Virus record (IMG/VR): IMGVR_UViG_3300046673_000058
Span: 1-64,000 of that record
Strand: one strand, 5' to 3'
Length of the DNA: 64,000 nucleotides
Source: a virus
Below are positions 12,301 through 19,811 of the stretch, in pieces; within the stretch, counting starts at the first letter, position 1; every line of letters begins with the position of its first letter. A program made the position numbers and the translations under genes. The notes under the pieces were generated by a model, which was not told the DNA's origin, made no database searches, and worked only from the letters and a program-made list of their open reading frames with translations.

Positions 12301-12463
12301 AGATAAAGTCGTTACTACCCGTCAAGCCCCAGTACGATGTGCCACTTGCGGAGAGTGTGTGGAAAAGAGACGGCGTGCTACAATATCCATTACATCCCGA
12401 AGCGGTGCCTTTATTCGTCCATGTCGTCACGCCTTCTGGAACGTAATAAATCGTCTGCGCCAT
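3326..12463 (-). CDS. Giant baseplate hub (Tal-like)/receptor-binding protein with four LamG-like domains, PLL-type lectin propeller repeats and two extra beta-propellers
   Basis: Follows Dit; hub motifs QELGNADLLTF, IGKNATGV..IITKLYPRG, AIDKYGMIEG, ELKLGTNVLV; W-x-x-LGG/DVFxxGxDGALW repeats; LamG-like GNWYDIQI...IFING. Confidence 0.85.
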   Translation of the reverse strand: MAQTIYYVPEGVTTWTNKGTASGCNGYCSTPSLFHTLSASGTSYWGLTGSNDFICIPANSTTNNQNTVSWEIYVSYHAGGHGMNKIWDKGVGAYEIYFQDSSQNLILSRYDTSGHDIYFYTPSGSTPTGHEYYIQIAWSAGATPNGASTPKPRIWIGTDGATPVEQTVNAGTDNSYPTGAWYNDSVGSANIMNYSANSACPSSSRGYNAAGWLMVYRQYNTNQSASFASANHGHWYYDKYRGSTWNSTYRPSNASVDLSTWAVSGGLITNTGSNTGSGYNGHFSSNKQITLPSGHKAWKFTSNTDYIWIPNGSKTCDLDYYSAEIAFYLNGTFSGASTQPRLFSKRAIDSATNTNSEWCLFVDTPNNRLQLQRFTTDGNWDAYYTSGTPVTIGNWYDIQISYDAMEGPNDYGIAIFINGTQQTLYHFDTGTGDWMDDCPVGSLIVGNIDGYWNNNRGLDGTIAVFRWYNYDASGDFASNYAADSAIWATSTVDVSSPDTNTLTPTEFSSFTIHQTSKEMITLKPKERNSTQISGGDRVVNTDEVITLSITEKSYVSVTTISEVTTPEIITLIVTENSYIQKVGCKYVTSTETAILTDSDAGTTQILPTYFSDETATLSVSETNTFGFTNSEVMNLSVRETSSFPKITSHETINLRNIEGHSLEEFSSSINVAETDTLIITETSDINIIYVPTQEPPITVPYTLEVRQRNPGWQVVNGGAPAACSSAPGRDDVFFSSKVDGEVMYITSADGYESALDLQGMIVSSVSAVSPAENQIFVFAQGLTRAVYYKGSIDGGKTWGEWMTLGGTLAANAGPSVCMDADGKINVFAVGKGNALFHLKGTPGTAYLQPQSISFDGTYYYYVTTWSIYKLDQSMNVVMYRENVGTLCGGDHLGGAGLNNGILYCFCTTQELPQKEMVGLFNTSDLSFITNYDLCELSGLTYEVLNIGGVGVDAENNCLVAIQYGTSGSTALGHTKVFKFNLDTFAYEGSITGDGPAGIYYQGICPYNGKYYYSTNENWVAGETAVVGVMNPNGSSESIIITYPDTGATTAGLEVEGLCTTDAGISVIVGGDIYTFSGTYPYTLLDTHASPGVPAITSPSSWQQLGGAASSSPAACYYETGICVFVRGTDGACWYRWSADNTTWHPWYSLGGSLHPGTGPAAVSMTSGRVDLYCVGSDNSIWTKTNTSSNWTTSGAWVNIGGPVTSTLAAASNNENEITLFGRGQDGALWYTEWTPASVGIAGWSKWAKLINRAFNYIGVLDGRIAPQVQQELGNADLLTFNLNIDSPLVPALSGNPKGYEIWWYGRDNQFKQAFVLQKVEAYGDFGGVQGSGGSTLGAGSGYNLLVTADGPEEYLNRYNIAFEYKSSQRMTLQVLQDISTEILNDGFITGIYVDPTLNMPLDVDLSWETIKTGIDKIIQQTGGYCRVYIPPSDPSKRILTLASTFAAIQNSYDPVNVTNAAQVIYDYFPSQGLLIPNDGGVAGADGDGVASSPGYYELTNNGAPAWQFQDTTDYIVIPDVPELENLYNFTFQAIFRIDAAGATNYSYIYSKGGFVIAWVDSSARILVQRTTTGTGSGTMDQYIMSTTGTVNIGQWNYIQIAWDGSLGPGIGVPVMYLNGTKLTITHSKTGTGAWASDLGEDIYIGNDVTLANNSAMTLSFLSLHSTALGDVALKAEYAANKWREGVNSESSEVEYSTWPTTGTTIINKGNAGAAYNATAQQPDYEPISSGAGMWAFNGATDYIEAPHGGAIDNTSATTFEFLFNLNETSTAGRLWSKQQQLGPWEVWIDENNQCIVTSRTTANSDQVTYTTPVNSIALGTWYDLQIVWPSSPAVAPSIYLNNTQQTLSKTSTSAASSWSNDGWMMLNGTGPAACSWGSGRKDIFMVGANATVSHTWDDGNGGTGLENLGGTLTTTPAATSPAANTIHLFGRGSNGYCYYNKWNGTSWSGWVSLGGTLYPNAGLTACSYGSRIDVFVEGGTAGSLYQKTSTNGGSSWSGWVHLTGATIYCGPTAVATDNGDITIFAQGSDGTLWSMEWNGSSWSTWATVGGSVIASNVAPSACVTSDGYIAVCVIDSTGAAWIITTEGGFVQGSQQGLAWDGAYFYYITTTAIYKLDSNLNVVASNLTAAADCGGDHMGDGAVYDGKLYGCCVNAETMDAWIATWDTSTLAQISSFMPHEPCGSVTVNTVNNTIVDIDLAAPGTGAGPCQLFTFDLTTNAYIATINPDSPLWYTEGMDFYGGHYYTATAATYDCGWGNMDPTGGVFMMNTDGTGVTRIIPYSAFTHGGELEGVDVKADYIRVQCGGFTYLFNNTTPYALVSMQTPVDNYIPLGGSLNAQPAIIAPSTLELDAYINQNTQLYTNTSTDDGNTWGDWTIDGDFNIYLGNNKAQTNNLNCSLALYREHSSALSADQLSNNYNSDQWILYGSYNPSGFHTDQPPIITIGKNATGVDVQSDYSSIITKLYPRGAGSAPGELTLNSPPYFQPMVRLKNPTIVDQYVYFSVEPDNEYVSYNNFEMGVSPRSAGMLIGRGRKNLGAYTAWNPVAHGADAAAQAGTSDPPWDLPATVGGYASAGGTRNEAAAQMFNIPQGGAQITDISLLLWRIDPSKTKGLVNQSDLLEYTRLIEETGGAIKFCVGIYNSIKQDKTGVLEPYQGPLLWYVGDFFSIASDNFRWYNFPLQGAWLATGSYWVVISLYPSSVAFSNYLGGLECGGYFTTTNPGFDNESDTQTGIKHNAWAPAGRYEKTSTYENKHGYYNLDVIINEINTDVTDQFFFVDEKTIGIIASNYIPTDEYYVAYPLAPWLSNQDAIDKYGMIEGTYKDDTATSQDALLKSGTQYLTKVSQPILSWSVGVVDLYDLNPTINWSEELKLGTNVLVMDEKLGVNELCMISKLQKTNLDTPHDIQLTLDAIYKNTPRLLAETMGDLQDKPKYEGGQVVATPYTLTTQADTNNPAWFEFEIRPSTTRVHSVEFSLNSQPFQAAGTGGLTTGSATSASGHVIEIDGTTVNSLSGECGSIDILPFLTLNHAGTPTPGWHYIKVTPPKG

Positions 12464-12948
12464 TATCGAATCACCTTTACAACCGTCTTAACAGGGTTCG
12501 CGTTTACAATCGGAGGGTAATGTTGGTGGCACGTTATACCTTGCATATATCTATGTAACCACACATCTAATAACTTCCACTTAGGCACGGTAGACTTAGG
12601 ATATGGGTTATTTGAATCATCCCAAACGTCTGAATACTTTTCTATAAACTCACCACTAAACTTCGCAAGCGCGAGTGTCGGTGTAGTTCCGTCTTTAAAA
12701 GAATCCTCATTTGAAACTCCAAATGAACACCACCCCTCTGGACAGCGTTCTATCTCTTCAACCGCGCCAAACCAAAATACCGAATCATGCTCGCAATTAA
12801 GGAAGCTTTCTTTTTCTTCCCAGCGTTCCTTAAAATAGTCAAGATAGCTGTAGCTATCCGTTATCCAGACCGGCTCGTAGTCATAGTGCATAAGCACCAT
12901 TTTAGTTGCCGGTTGTATGGTAGTATAAGGAACGAAAAGCTTAGACAC
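12463..12948 (-). CDS. Hypothetical tail-region protein
   Basis: ORF adjoins the hub gene start. Confidence 0.5.
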   Translation of the reverse strand: MSKLFVPYTTIQPATKMVLMHYDYEPVWITDSYSYLDYFKERWEEKESFLNCEHDSVFWFGAVEEIERCPEGWCSFGVSNEDSFKDGTTPTLALAKFSGEFIEKYSDVWDDSNNPYPKSTVPKWKLLDVWLHRYMQGITCHQHYPPIVNANPVKTVVKVIR

Positions 12949-12961
12949 GTTTAACCGCGCC

Positions 12962-13411
12962 TTAGCTCTGTATAGTTATCGTCTTTTGGTAAACTACTGA
13001 TTCCGTACTTGTTTTTGGCTGTAATGGTAGTACTTCTACCGTTCTGCTAAGCATGCACAGCGGCTGTGCGCCGGTATAACTTGCATTGGTTAGGTTCGAT
13101 GCTCCGCCGTTAAATACTGCGTCTTCGTTCCAGTCAAAGTTTGCATCGGTAGGCCCGAACGTTGCCTGAAACGTTATCGTGTTCGTGGTTCCGCTGGACG
13201 TTGATGGGTAACTCGTATCCATCCTTTTCAAAAGCGTATTCGTCGTACCCCCTAGCTTGTGGTTAGTGGTTGCCTGCGCGACTGAACCCCCGTTATCCCC
13301 TACACCTATCAACGCGTACGTATTACTAAATGGATTCCAGTTAGGTGTTGCACCAATCTCGGTAGTCATCAGGTCGCATATCGCATTCCATCCATCTGCT
13401 GTCAATGGCAT
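12962..13411 (-). CDS. Baseplate/tail-fibre-associated structural protein
   Basis: IGVGD...ITFQATFGPTDANFDWNE.AVFN...MLSRTV...KT pattern typical of viral tail-fibre N-terminal/gp53-like domains; GAGGA RBS. Confidence 0.65.
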   Translation of the reverse strand: MPLTADGWNAICDLMTTEIGATPNWNPFSNTYALIGVGDNGGSVAQATTNHKLGGTTNTLLKRMDTSYPSTSSGTTNTITFQATFGPTDANFDWNEDAVFNGGASNLTNASYTGAQPLCMLSRTVEVLPLQPKTSTESVVYQKTITIQS

Positions 13412-13432
13412 TTCTTTTTATTCCTCCTTAAA

Positions 13433-13600
13433 TTAAATGTAGTATTCTCTTTCGCGTTCTACGACTCGCCTTTCGCTCGCCGTTCGATACATTCCCCCCG
13501 CCCAAAAAGATTCGGGGTAGATTTTTATCACATCGTGTTCGATAATCTTAATTTTTCCGTGTTCCGTAATGTTAAGGTTTGCTTTCTCTCCGCCTTCCAT
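13433..13600 (-). CDS. Small hypothetical protein
   Basis: Probable start MEGGEK.. after GAGG RBS within ORF 13433..13651. Confidence 0.4.
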   Translation of the reverse strand: MEGGEKANLNITEHGKIKIIEHDVIKIYPESFWAGGMYRTASERRVVEREREYYI

Positions 13601-13617
13601 TTTAGCCTCCAATTCTA

Positions 13618-14427
13618 CTACTGTAATCCCACAAGGTACCTGTCTCTCCACCGCGTTTCCAACGTGCCACTACTCGGCCCACTAAACAAAATATCATTAT
13701 CCCCTGGGGTAAGATACGGCCACGATGGGGCAACAACACCCGCCGAATTTGGGTTGCCGTTGATTAGAACCGTGTGTGGGATTCCATACTCGTCGGTAAT
13801 CACGTCGAGTACGTCTCCGGTTGTTAAACTACCGTACCATGTAAATGTTTGATTGGTGGTGTTATTCACCCACGAAACCGGCCCAAGATACGCCCCGCTT
13901 GACGTGAACCGCCAGCGAGGTAATGCGTTAGTGTCGCCGTTCGTGGTGAGGGTATATTCTGTTGTGCCTGTGAGTACTCCTATTGTTTGTACTGATTCAT
14001 TGTATGTGTACGCTGGACCAGTACACCCGAAATCCACCGCTAGTTCCATCATATAGGGTATAGCAGCCTCATTCTGCGGGGTGCTTGTCAGCTTCTTCGC
14101 CATGAAATAACTACCCGAGTATTCTGCGAATGTAAGCATCTGCTCGCCTAGTGACGGGTCAAGCACCGAAGTGAGTTGCGTAAGGGCGTAGAGCATAGAG
14201 GTACGGGTTCCGTCCGGCGGTTCGATTCTGAATATCGCGTGAATAGGGTATGAGGTAAAGATAGGTTGTGTGCTTACCAGACTCTCAGCGCCGGTTGGGA
14301 ACTGTTGACTTACTTGTCCGTCCATAAACCAGTAATTCGCATCCGTGGTGAGGTGCGCGTAATACGGGGCGCTCGTAAGGTCAACTCCGCCGAAGGTAAC
14401 TTTGCCAATTCCTGTGCTTTGTGCCAT
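13618..14427 (-). CDS. Distal tail protein (Dit)
   Basis: Directly after tape measure; VTFGGVDL start, NGDTNALPRW, WPYLTPGDNDI...TRWRDRY end. Confidence 0.85.
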   Translation of the reverse strand: MAQSTGIGKVTFGGVDLTSAPYYAHLTTDANYWFMDGQVSQQFPTGAESLVSTQPIFTSYPIHAIFRIEPPDGTRTSMLYALTQLTSVLDPSLGEQMLTFAEYSGSYFMAKKLTSTPQNEAAIPYMMELAVDFGCTGPAYTYNESVQTIGVLTGTTEYTLTTNGDTNALPRWRFTSSGAYLGPVSWVNNTTNQTFTWYGSLTTGDVLDVITDEYGIPHTVLINGNPNSAGVVAPSWPYLTPGDNDILFSGPSSGTLETRWRDRYLVGLQ

Positions 14428-14432
14428 CTTAG

Positions 14433-16784
14433 TTAACCTCGCGCGTGTCCGCTTCTACGGGAGTACGATTCGGTCTTAAACGCCAATTTCCGCGAGATAA
14501 GGTCAGCTAGGTTTTCAACGTCCTGTGGGTTGTTCATCTGCGGGTTATTGATTTGAATTGCTCCGGGGTGTACGTGAATATCCCCACCGGCAGTGTTTGT
14601 TGTCGCGCTCGCGCTCGTTAACGCTCCAGCTCCTGCCGCCGCGCTTATACCCCCTCGAATACCACTCAGCGGTACAACGAGTTCTGGACCTGCTTCACCT
14701 ATGAGTGCTACCGTAGGCTTGGTGACGAGGCCGCCACCTGCCATCGCAGGAAGCTTAGCACTTGTGATTGAACCTACCGCATTACTAACCGCAGAGGTTA
14801 ATCCGCTAAAGAATCCGGCAGCCGCTGAGAGCATCCAGTCCCCTAACCCGCCAATCGCACCCTGTATACCCCCTGGGAGCCCGCTAAAGAACCCCTCCGC
14901 CGCGCCGAGTAGCCACGTTCCAAAGCTGACAAGCGCAGTTGTAATACCATTCCACAGCTCCCCGGGAATGGGAGAAAGTAAGTTCCAGAGCCACGTTCCT
15001 ATCTGCACCCATATGCCAACATATGCAGTCCATAATTGCATAGGAAGTGGCGAGATAAGACCCCACAGCCAGGTTCCTATTTGAATCCATATACCTATAT
15101 ACGCGGTCCATAGTTTCATCGGAAGTGTGGTGATTAAACCCCAGAGCCACGTTCCTATCTGCACCCATATGCCAACATATGCAGTCCATAATTGCATAGG
15201 AAGTGGCGAGATAAGACCCCACAGCCACGTGCCAAACTGTCCAAGCGCGCTCACTAAGGCGCTCCATGCTTTCGCTGCCATGCCACCCCAGTTGAAGCTC
15301 GTGATAGCAGAAAACCCCGCTAAGATGCCTTTTTTGAAGTCATCACCTAACTTGCCGAAGTTACCACTCATCAGGTCGCCTAAGAGTGTTTTAATCCATC
15401 CGGCTACTTCGTTGACCGCATCGTGGAATGGCTTGAAATATGTGTAAAGTAGGTAGAGGGCAATGCCGATTGCGGCGACTGCAATGATGATTGGGAGTAG
15501 TGGGATAAGTATTGCCAAAACCGCAGGGAGAACCGTTGTCATTAACGCAACCCCGATGGCAGATACAATAGGCGCGATAACTCCGAACCCTGTTGCAAGT
15601 GGACCTATTATCATCAAGATAGGCCCAATAGCTGCGAGTATTCCTAAAATAGCAACAACAACCATTTGAACCGGCGCGGGCATGTTTGAGAAGACCCCCA
15701 TGACGCTAGTAAGAATGTCCAAAATTGGTTTTGCCGCGTCGAGAACATTTTCCAGTACATTTATAAGCACCTTACCAAACGGCGCAAAAGCGACTTCGGC
15801 CTTGTTCTTAAACTCATCAAGCTTTTCGCTAAGGGTCATGGTGGCTTCTGACTGCTTCTCAATAGAGCCCGCAGAACTATCTTGAGCGGCCTTCAGTTGA
15901 TTATAACCAGTCGTCGTGTTCCCAAGCGACGCGCTTAACTTATCATAGTTCTTCTGTCCTAGGAGCGTCTTGTCGGAGGCCGTTGCAGTTCCCGTAGCAA
16001 TGCGCTGCATCATCGCGTTCCACTCATTGCCGACATCTTGTTTTCCAAGTTGGGTTTGCAGCTTTGTCACACCGTCAGTGAGAAGGGCGTTTCCCTGTCG
16101 TGCGGGAATACCCGATGCCGCGAGAGACCCTATCGCCGCCGAGTAGTCATCCATAGGAATCTTAGCTGAATATGCTACGGAACCCGCCTTCGCTAACGTA
16201 CCCGTCAGGTCATTGATTGGTGCTCCGGTCTTTGTGGAAATAACATACAGCTTATCCATCTCATTACCAGCTTCAGAAGCAGGCATGTGGAACGCATTCA
16301 TGGCGGTTGATAACCCAGTTACGGCGCCTGTAGCATCAACGCCAAGCATACGGGACATATCTAATCCTTGTTTGGTAACATTTTCAAGAGCGGGGCCCGC
16401 AATATGCAGTTTATCGCTTACTACCGCCATCACGTTTGCTACGGTGGTCGCATCGTCAGGAGTGTTGCCGAAAACGTTAGTAAAAGAAGTTTTCATCTGG
16501 GTGGCGGCTGCGCCTGTTGAATTAGTTTGGCGTATTAAGCTTGTTTCAGCGGTGTTGATGGTCTCAAAGCTTTTAACGGCGAATAATGCCCCGGCGACTA
16601 TGGGTGCGGTGATACCTGCGGTCATAATGCCACCAGCCCCCTTCATTGACCCCGCTATGTCATTGCCGAAGTTTGAGAATAAGCCCTGCCCTTTACTTAA
16701 TGCGCTTGTTATGTCGCTAATAAACCCACTAGTATCAGACTTTAAGTTTACAATTGCAGTCCCAACAACGTCGCCGCCACCCAT
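14433..16784 (-). CDS. Tail tape measure protein
   Basis: Ala/Gly-rich helical; hydrophobic central region; Trp-periodic repeats; AGGGLVTKPTVALIGEAGPELVVPL C-terminal motif. Confidence 0.93.
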   Translation of the reverse strand: MGGGDVVGTAIVNLKSDTSGFISDITSALSKGQGLFSNFGNDIAGSMKGAGGIMTAGITAPIVAGALFAVKSFETINTAETSLIRQTNSTGAAATQMKTSFTNVFGNTPDDATTVANVMAVVSDKLHIAGPALENVTKQGLDMSRMLGVDATGAVTGLSTAMNAFHMPASEAGNEMDKLYVISTKTGAPINDLTGTLAKAGSVAYSAKIPMDDYSAAIGSLAASGIPARQGNALLTDGVTKLQTQLGKQDVGNEWNAMMQRIATGTATASDKTLLGQKNYDKLSASLGNTTTGYNQLKAAQDSSAGSIEKQSEATMTLSEKLDEFKNKAEVAFAPFGKVLINVLENVLDAAKPILDILTSVMGVFSNMPAPVQMVVVAILGILAAIGPILMIIGPLATGFGVIAPIVSAIGVALMTTVLPAVLAILIPLLPIIIAVAAIGIALYLLYTYFKPFHDAVNEVAGWIKTLLGDLMSGNFGKLGDDFKKGILAGFSAITSFNWGGMAAKAWSALVSALGQFGTWLWGLISPLPMQLWTAYVGIWVQIGTWLWGLITTLPMKLWTAYIGIWIQIGTWLWGLISPLPMQLWTAYVGIWVQIGTWLWNLLSPIPGELWNGITTALVSFGTWLLGAAEGFFSGLPGGIQGAIGGLGDWMLSAAAGFFSGLTSAVSNAVGSITSAKLPAMAGGGLVTKPTVALIGEAGPELVVPLSGIRGGISAAAGAGALTSASATTNTAGGDIHVHPGAIQINNPQMNNPQDVENLADLISRKLAFKTESYSRRSGHARG
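14985..15235 (-). repeat. Tandem 78-bp (26-aa) repeats inside the tape measure gene
   Basis: WLWGLISPLPMQLWTAYVGIWVQIGT units; about 80 nt identical at ~14989 and ~15145 (156 bp apart). Confidence 0.9.
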
Positions 16785-16791
16785 TTTTTAT

Positions 16792-17259
16792 TTACTCTTT
16801 CTCTATATCAACGCCGTCTCTAAACGCCGCCTGTTGTTTATCCCACAAGTCCATCGATTCTTTGTACGCTTTCTCATCTACCGGGGCGCCGATGGCTTTG
16901 GCTAGGTTATGAAGCAAACTGCTAAACGCTTTCATACGGTTTTCAAACGGCGTAGCATCCCAGATAGCTTCAACGTCTTCGATTCGTATATCGGGATACT
17001 CGTGAATCATCCCCGCCCAGATTAGATTAATCGTATCTTCGTGGGACCAGTCCTGGACGTTAAGCGCCGCTAGAATCTTCCACGACTTTTTCTGGAACGC
17101 GCGTTCCATCTGAATGATGCCGCGCGACTTAAAATCAATACGTCTTTCTCGGTCAAGCTTTACCGGAACGACATTGCTGACCGTTTTACCTATTTTGAGA
17201 GTTCTCCTATCCTCAGCTATCTCTTGGGGGGTCCTCTCATCTTCATTTTCATATCCCAT
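16792..17259 (-). CDS. Tail assembly chaperone (gpG-like)
   Basis: Immediately before tape measure; LDRERRIDF..GIIQMERAF..LIWAGM pattern. Confidence 0.7.
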   Translation of the reverse strand: MGYENEDERTPQEIAEDRRTLKIGKTVSNVVPVKLDRERRIDFKSRGIIQMERAFQKKSWKILAALNVQDWSHEDTINLIWAGMIHEYPDIRIEDVEAIWDATPFENRMKAFSSLLHNLAKAIGAPVDEKAYKESMDLWDKQQAAFRDGVDIEKE

Positions 17260-17272
17260 ATTTTTTCACCTT

Positions 17273-18175
17273 TCATTTTTCCACCGTATCACTCTGTTTC
17301 GCTGTATCACTAGGTTTCCGTGCTTTGAGCATACGCTCTGCTTCTTCTGCTTCTGCTTTGTCGCTGTTGATAATCGCTTGCGCTTCTTCTTTGGTGAATT
17401 TCGATTTCGTTTCTTTGTCAGATTGCCGTGCAATCCGACGCAACATAGGTTCTAGGTCTGGTAGTTTACCGTCTGATAGAAACTTACCCGTAAATGCCCC
17501 CGCGTGCCATGCTTCAAACATCGCCATCTGTTGTAAATAGACTAACCGTTTATCGTGAGCCGTAAAGAAAGCCTCTAATTCACGAGGCATCATGTTTAAT
17601 ATTTCGTTAATTGGAATAGTGACACCCATCTGAAATAACGTATTGAGGGCTAATTCGTACCACTGCCCGAACGTTTCCAGTTTGGGTTTCTTTAATGCGA
17701 AGTTCTCAGCGTCACGAACGTCTGCGCGTTTGTATGAGTCAACTACACGGGGTTTTACGCTGACCGGCTCACCGTTCTCATTATACTCAATCTCAAACTG
17801 CCCCGTTGCCCGCTGGAGCTCAACTTGACTCTGTTTAAACGCTTTTATTACTTCGGGTCGTTCTAGGGTGTTAAGTATCGCGGGTATGTCCATGCGAGAC
17901 TGAAGCCCTTTTTGCAGGATGCGGCTCTGTTCTTCTTCTCCGAGCGTGCCGAGTAGTGCTTGTTCAATAAGCACCCACAAACTTCTATTAAACGTCTGTT
18001 CTAATTCAAGTAACGCGCCTATTGTATAGCGTATCTTAAACGGGTCATACTCACCAAGAGTAATAATGGCGAACGGCAGTAAGGTGCAGCCCTCATGCAC
18101 GTTTATCGGCGCGTCCCTGTCGGCCCGGTCTAATCGAGGGGCCATGTCATCGTACTCTGGTCTCTGGTAAGCCAT
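17273..18175 (-). CDS. Tail assembly chaperone, gpG- and gpT-like parts fused in frame
   Basis: N-part IRYTIGALLELEQTF..ILQKGL; C-part EILNMMPRELEAF..AWHAG; true start may lie downstream of the annotated ATG. Confidence 0.65.
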   Translation of the reverse strand: MAYQRPEYDDMAPRLDRADRDAPINVHEGCTLLPFAIITLGEYDPFKIRYTIGALLELEQTFNRSLWVLIEQALLGTLGEEEQSRILQKGLQSRMDIPAILNTLERPEVIKAFKQSQVELQRATGQFEIEYNENGEPVSVKPRVVDSYKRADVRDAENFALKKPKLETFGQWYELALNTLFQMGVTIPINEILNMMPRELEAFFTAHDKRLVYLQQMAMFEAWHAGAFTGKFLSDGKLPDLEPMLRRIARQSDKETKSKFTKEEAQAIINSDKAEAEEAERMLKARKPSDTAKQSDTVEK

Positions 18176-18597
18176 ACGGTCAATCCAACTATTCTTCCAT
18201 ACACATATTCATCCGGACTATGCACATTAGAAACCCTCGGGCCGTCAGCCCAGCAACGCACTACCGTGTAATCAGTCATATACTGCGCTAACGTGGCTTC
18301 GTGCCGGTGAAATAGCTCTTTAACCGCTTCACCTAGTTCTTCTACAAGGGCTTGGTCGCCGGTTTCATCGGTGTAACAGCGAATGTCCCTCATGATAGAC
18401 TGCCCAATTGTGGTCTTTGTCTCTCGCGCAACGTCACGGATGCTACCTTCGGTGATGATAAGGGGCCTTTGTGCGCCTTCGGGGTATGGTGCAAACGTAA
18501 AGACTGCAGGAACGCCGTGGAAGGTGGTGAGCATTCCGGTTACCGTGGGGTCGTTGATGAGGACTTGATAGATTGCTTTGGTGAGTTGGTGAACCAT
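18130..18597 (-). CDS. Tail terminator/completion protein (DUF3168-like)
   Basis: LTKAIYQVL.ND, P..A.RP.I..E, AVKELFH; position after gp10-like gene. Confidence 0.8.
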   Translation of the reverse strand: MVHQLTKAIYQVLINDPTVTGMLTTFHGVPAVFTFAPYPEGAQRPLIITEGSIRDVARETKTTIGQSIMRDIRCYTDETGDQALVEELGEAVKELFHRHEATLAQYMTDYTVVRCWADGPRVSNVHSPDEYVYGRIVGLTVWLTRDQSTMTWPLD

Positions 18598-18598
18598 G

Positions 18599-18931
18599 TT
18601 AGTCCTTAGCCGCTAGTATTGCCGGGCGTAAGTAAGGCTGGGCGTCCATCTTCGATGTACCTTCCTCAACATACCGGGCATAACTCCCCGTTCCGTTAAG
18701 CACCGGAGGGTCAAAGATAATCTCATACCACTGCCCGCCATCTTTCTCGTCAATGTGCCCTGAGTCCCTGAGTGCGCCAGTGTCTACGGGTGCGTTATCT
18801 TTTGCGGCGTCAAGTATGCGCTCGGCTTTCTCCTTCATCATTGTGCCTGCTTTCTTGCGGCCAATCTCCATGATGGCGTCATTGTCGATGTTGCTTGTAA
18901 ACGCGGCTGAGAAGTCGATTCCGTTACTCAT
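18599..18931 (-). CDS. HK97 gp10-like neck protein
   Basis: AKDNAPVDTGALRDS, YARYVEEGTSKMDAQPYLRPA. Confidence 0.9.
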   Translation of the reverse strand: MSNGIDFSAAFTSNIDNDAIMEIGRKKAGTMMKEKAERILDAAKDNAPVDTGALRDSGHIDEKDGGQWYEIIFDPPVLNGTGSYARYVEEGTSKMDAQPYLRPAILAAKD

Positions 18932-18940
18932 GGCTAACAC

Positions 18941-19369
18941 CTAAGAACCTAAAATGTCAAACCCTGCCGGTGTTTCACTGCTACCCATAATGAATGACTT
19001 GGCTTTGATTTCAAAGTGGTGCATCACATTATCAGGCAGATGTGGGTGTATAACCAGAAAGGTAGTAGAACCTGCAGAAGGTGCGTTCGTAACCACGATT
19101 ACGTCTCCGCGCTGCACGTCTAACGATGGGCGAGTGTAGAGCTTGTGCGTGAGTTTGTCCTTACGCGCGTCGTTAGCTAAACGTTCGTGGTCGTTGAGCT
19201 CTCTAGTCCTGCCAACTCCGGTATCAACTATGTTCCATGAGTTCGTAACAGCGCCGCTACCTGTAGTCGTACCGTCCATTGACACAGTATTGCGGTAGAC
19301 CTCGAACGTGGAGTTGAAAGCCACGTCTGAAATCCACGGGTCGAGGGAGTAGGCGCTCTGGTTGGGCAT
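18941..19369 (-). CDS. Head closure (stopper) protein
   Basis: THKLYTRPSLDVQRGDVI..HHFEI pattern and position. Confidence 0.75.
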   Translation of the reverse strand: MPNQSAYSLDPWISDVAFNSTFEVYRNTVSMDGTTTGSGAVTNSWNIVDTGVGRTRELNDHERLANDARKDKLTHKLYTRPSLDVQRGDVIVVTNAPSAGSTTFLVIHPHLPDNVMHHFEIKAKSFIMGSSETPAGFDILGS

Positions 19370-19375
19370 TTTGCC

Positions 19376-19795
19376 TTATAGGGAAGCGTTCGGCACGTTT
19401 ATGACAGCTATACTAATGTCCGCCGCTACGTCGTAACTCACTGTACACGTGTAGTCGCCCGTATCAGGTGAGTCCTTCTCACCCCATCGGTCGCGCAGCC
19501 AAACCCCAGTTATTACTGTTTTGGTTCCCTTGACCGTGATTACTTTGTCCATACACGCACCTGAGTTGCCCCACTGGTCTTTCTGACTTGTGAAGGTTAC
19601 GGTGTGCTCGGATGCGTCGCTGTTTGTGATTACAACGACCGTCCGCATCACGTCATTGATGGGTACATAGACATACTCGTCCGCTACTTTGTACTTGCCA
19701 GCATCTTCCGAAAGTTCTTCGGACACAACGGAGGTCATTGTAAACGCTACTCCGCCCAGCGTCGGTACGAGCGGCGTAAATGTTAAACTTGTCAT
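19376..19795 (-). CDS. Putative virion structural protein (paralog of 19812..20234)
   Basis: Shared LTP.(I/V)PTL, HTVTFT, DK.(I/V)TV, TGVWL..(R/H)WG, (I/M)SIAV(I/V).VP. Confidence 0.6.
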   Translation of the reverse strand: MTSLTFTPLVPTLGGVAFTMTSVVSEELSEDAGKYKVADEYVYVPINDVMRTVVVITNSDASEHTVTFTSQKDQWGNSGACMDKVITVKGTKTVITGVWLRDRWGEKDSPDTGDYTCTVSYDVAADISIAVINVPNASL

Positions 19796-19811
19796 TTCTG
19801 TTGTCCTCCGG

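Noticed and set aside
14985-15235. Possible CRISPR array or DGR template/variable repeat
   Set aside because: In-frame coding repeats without spacers or adenine-specific variation; no reverse transcriptase or cas genes in the window
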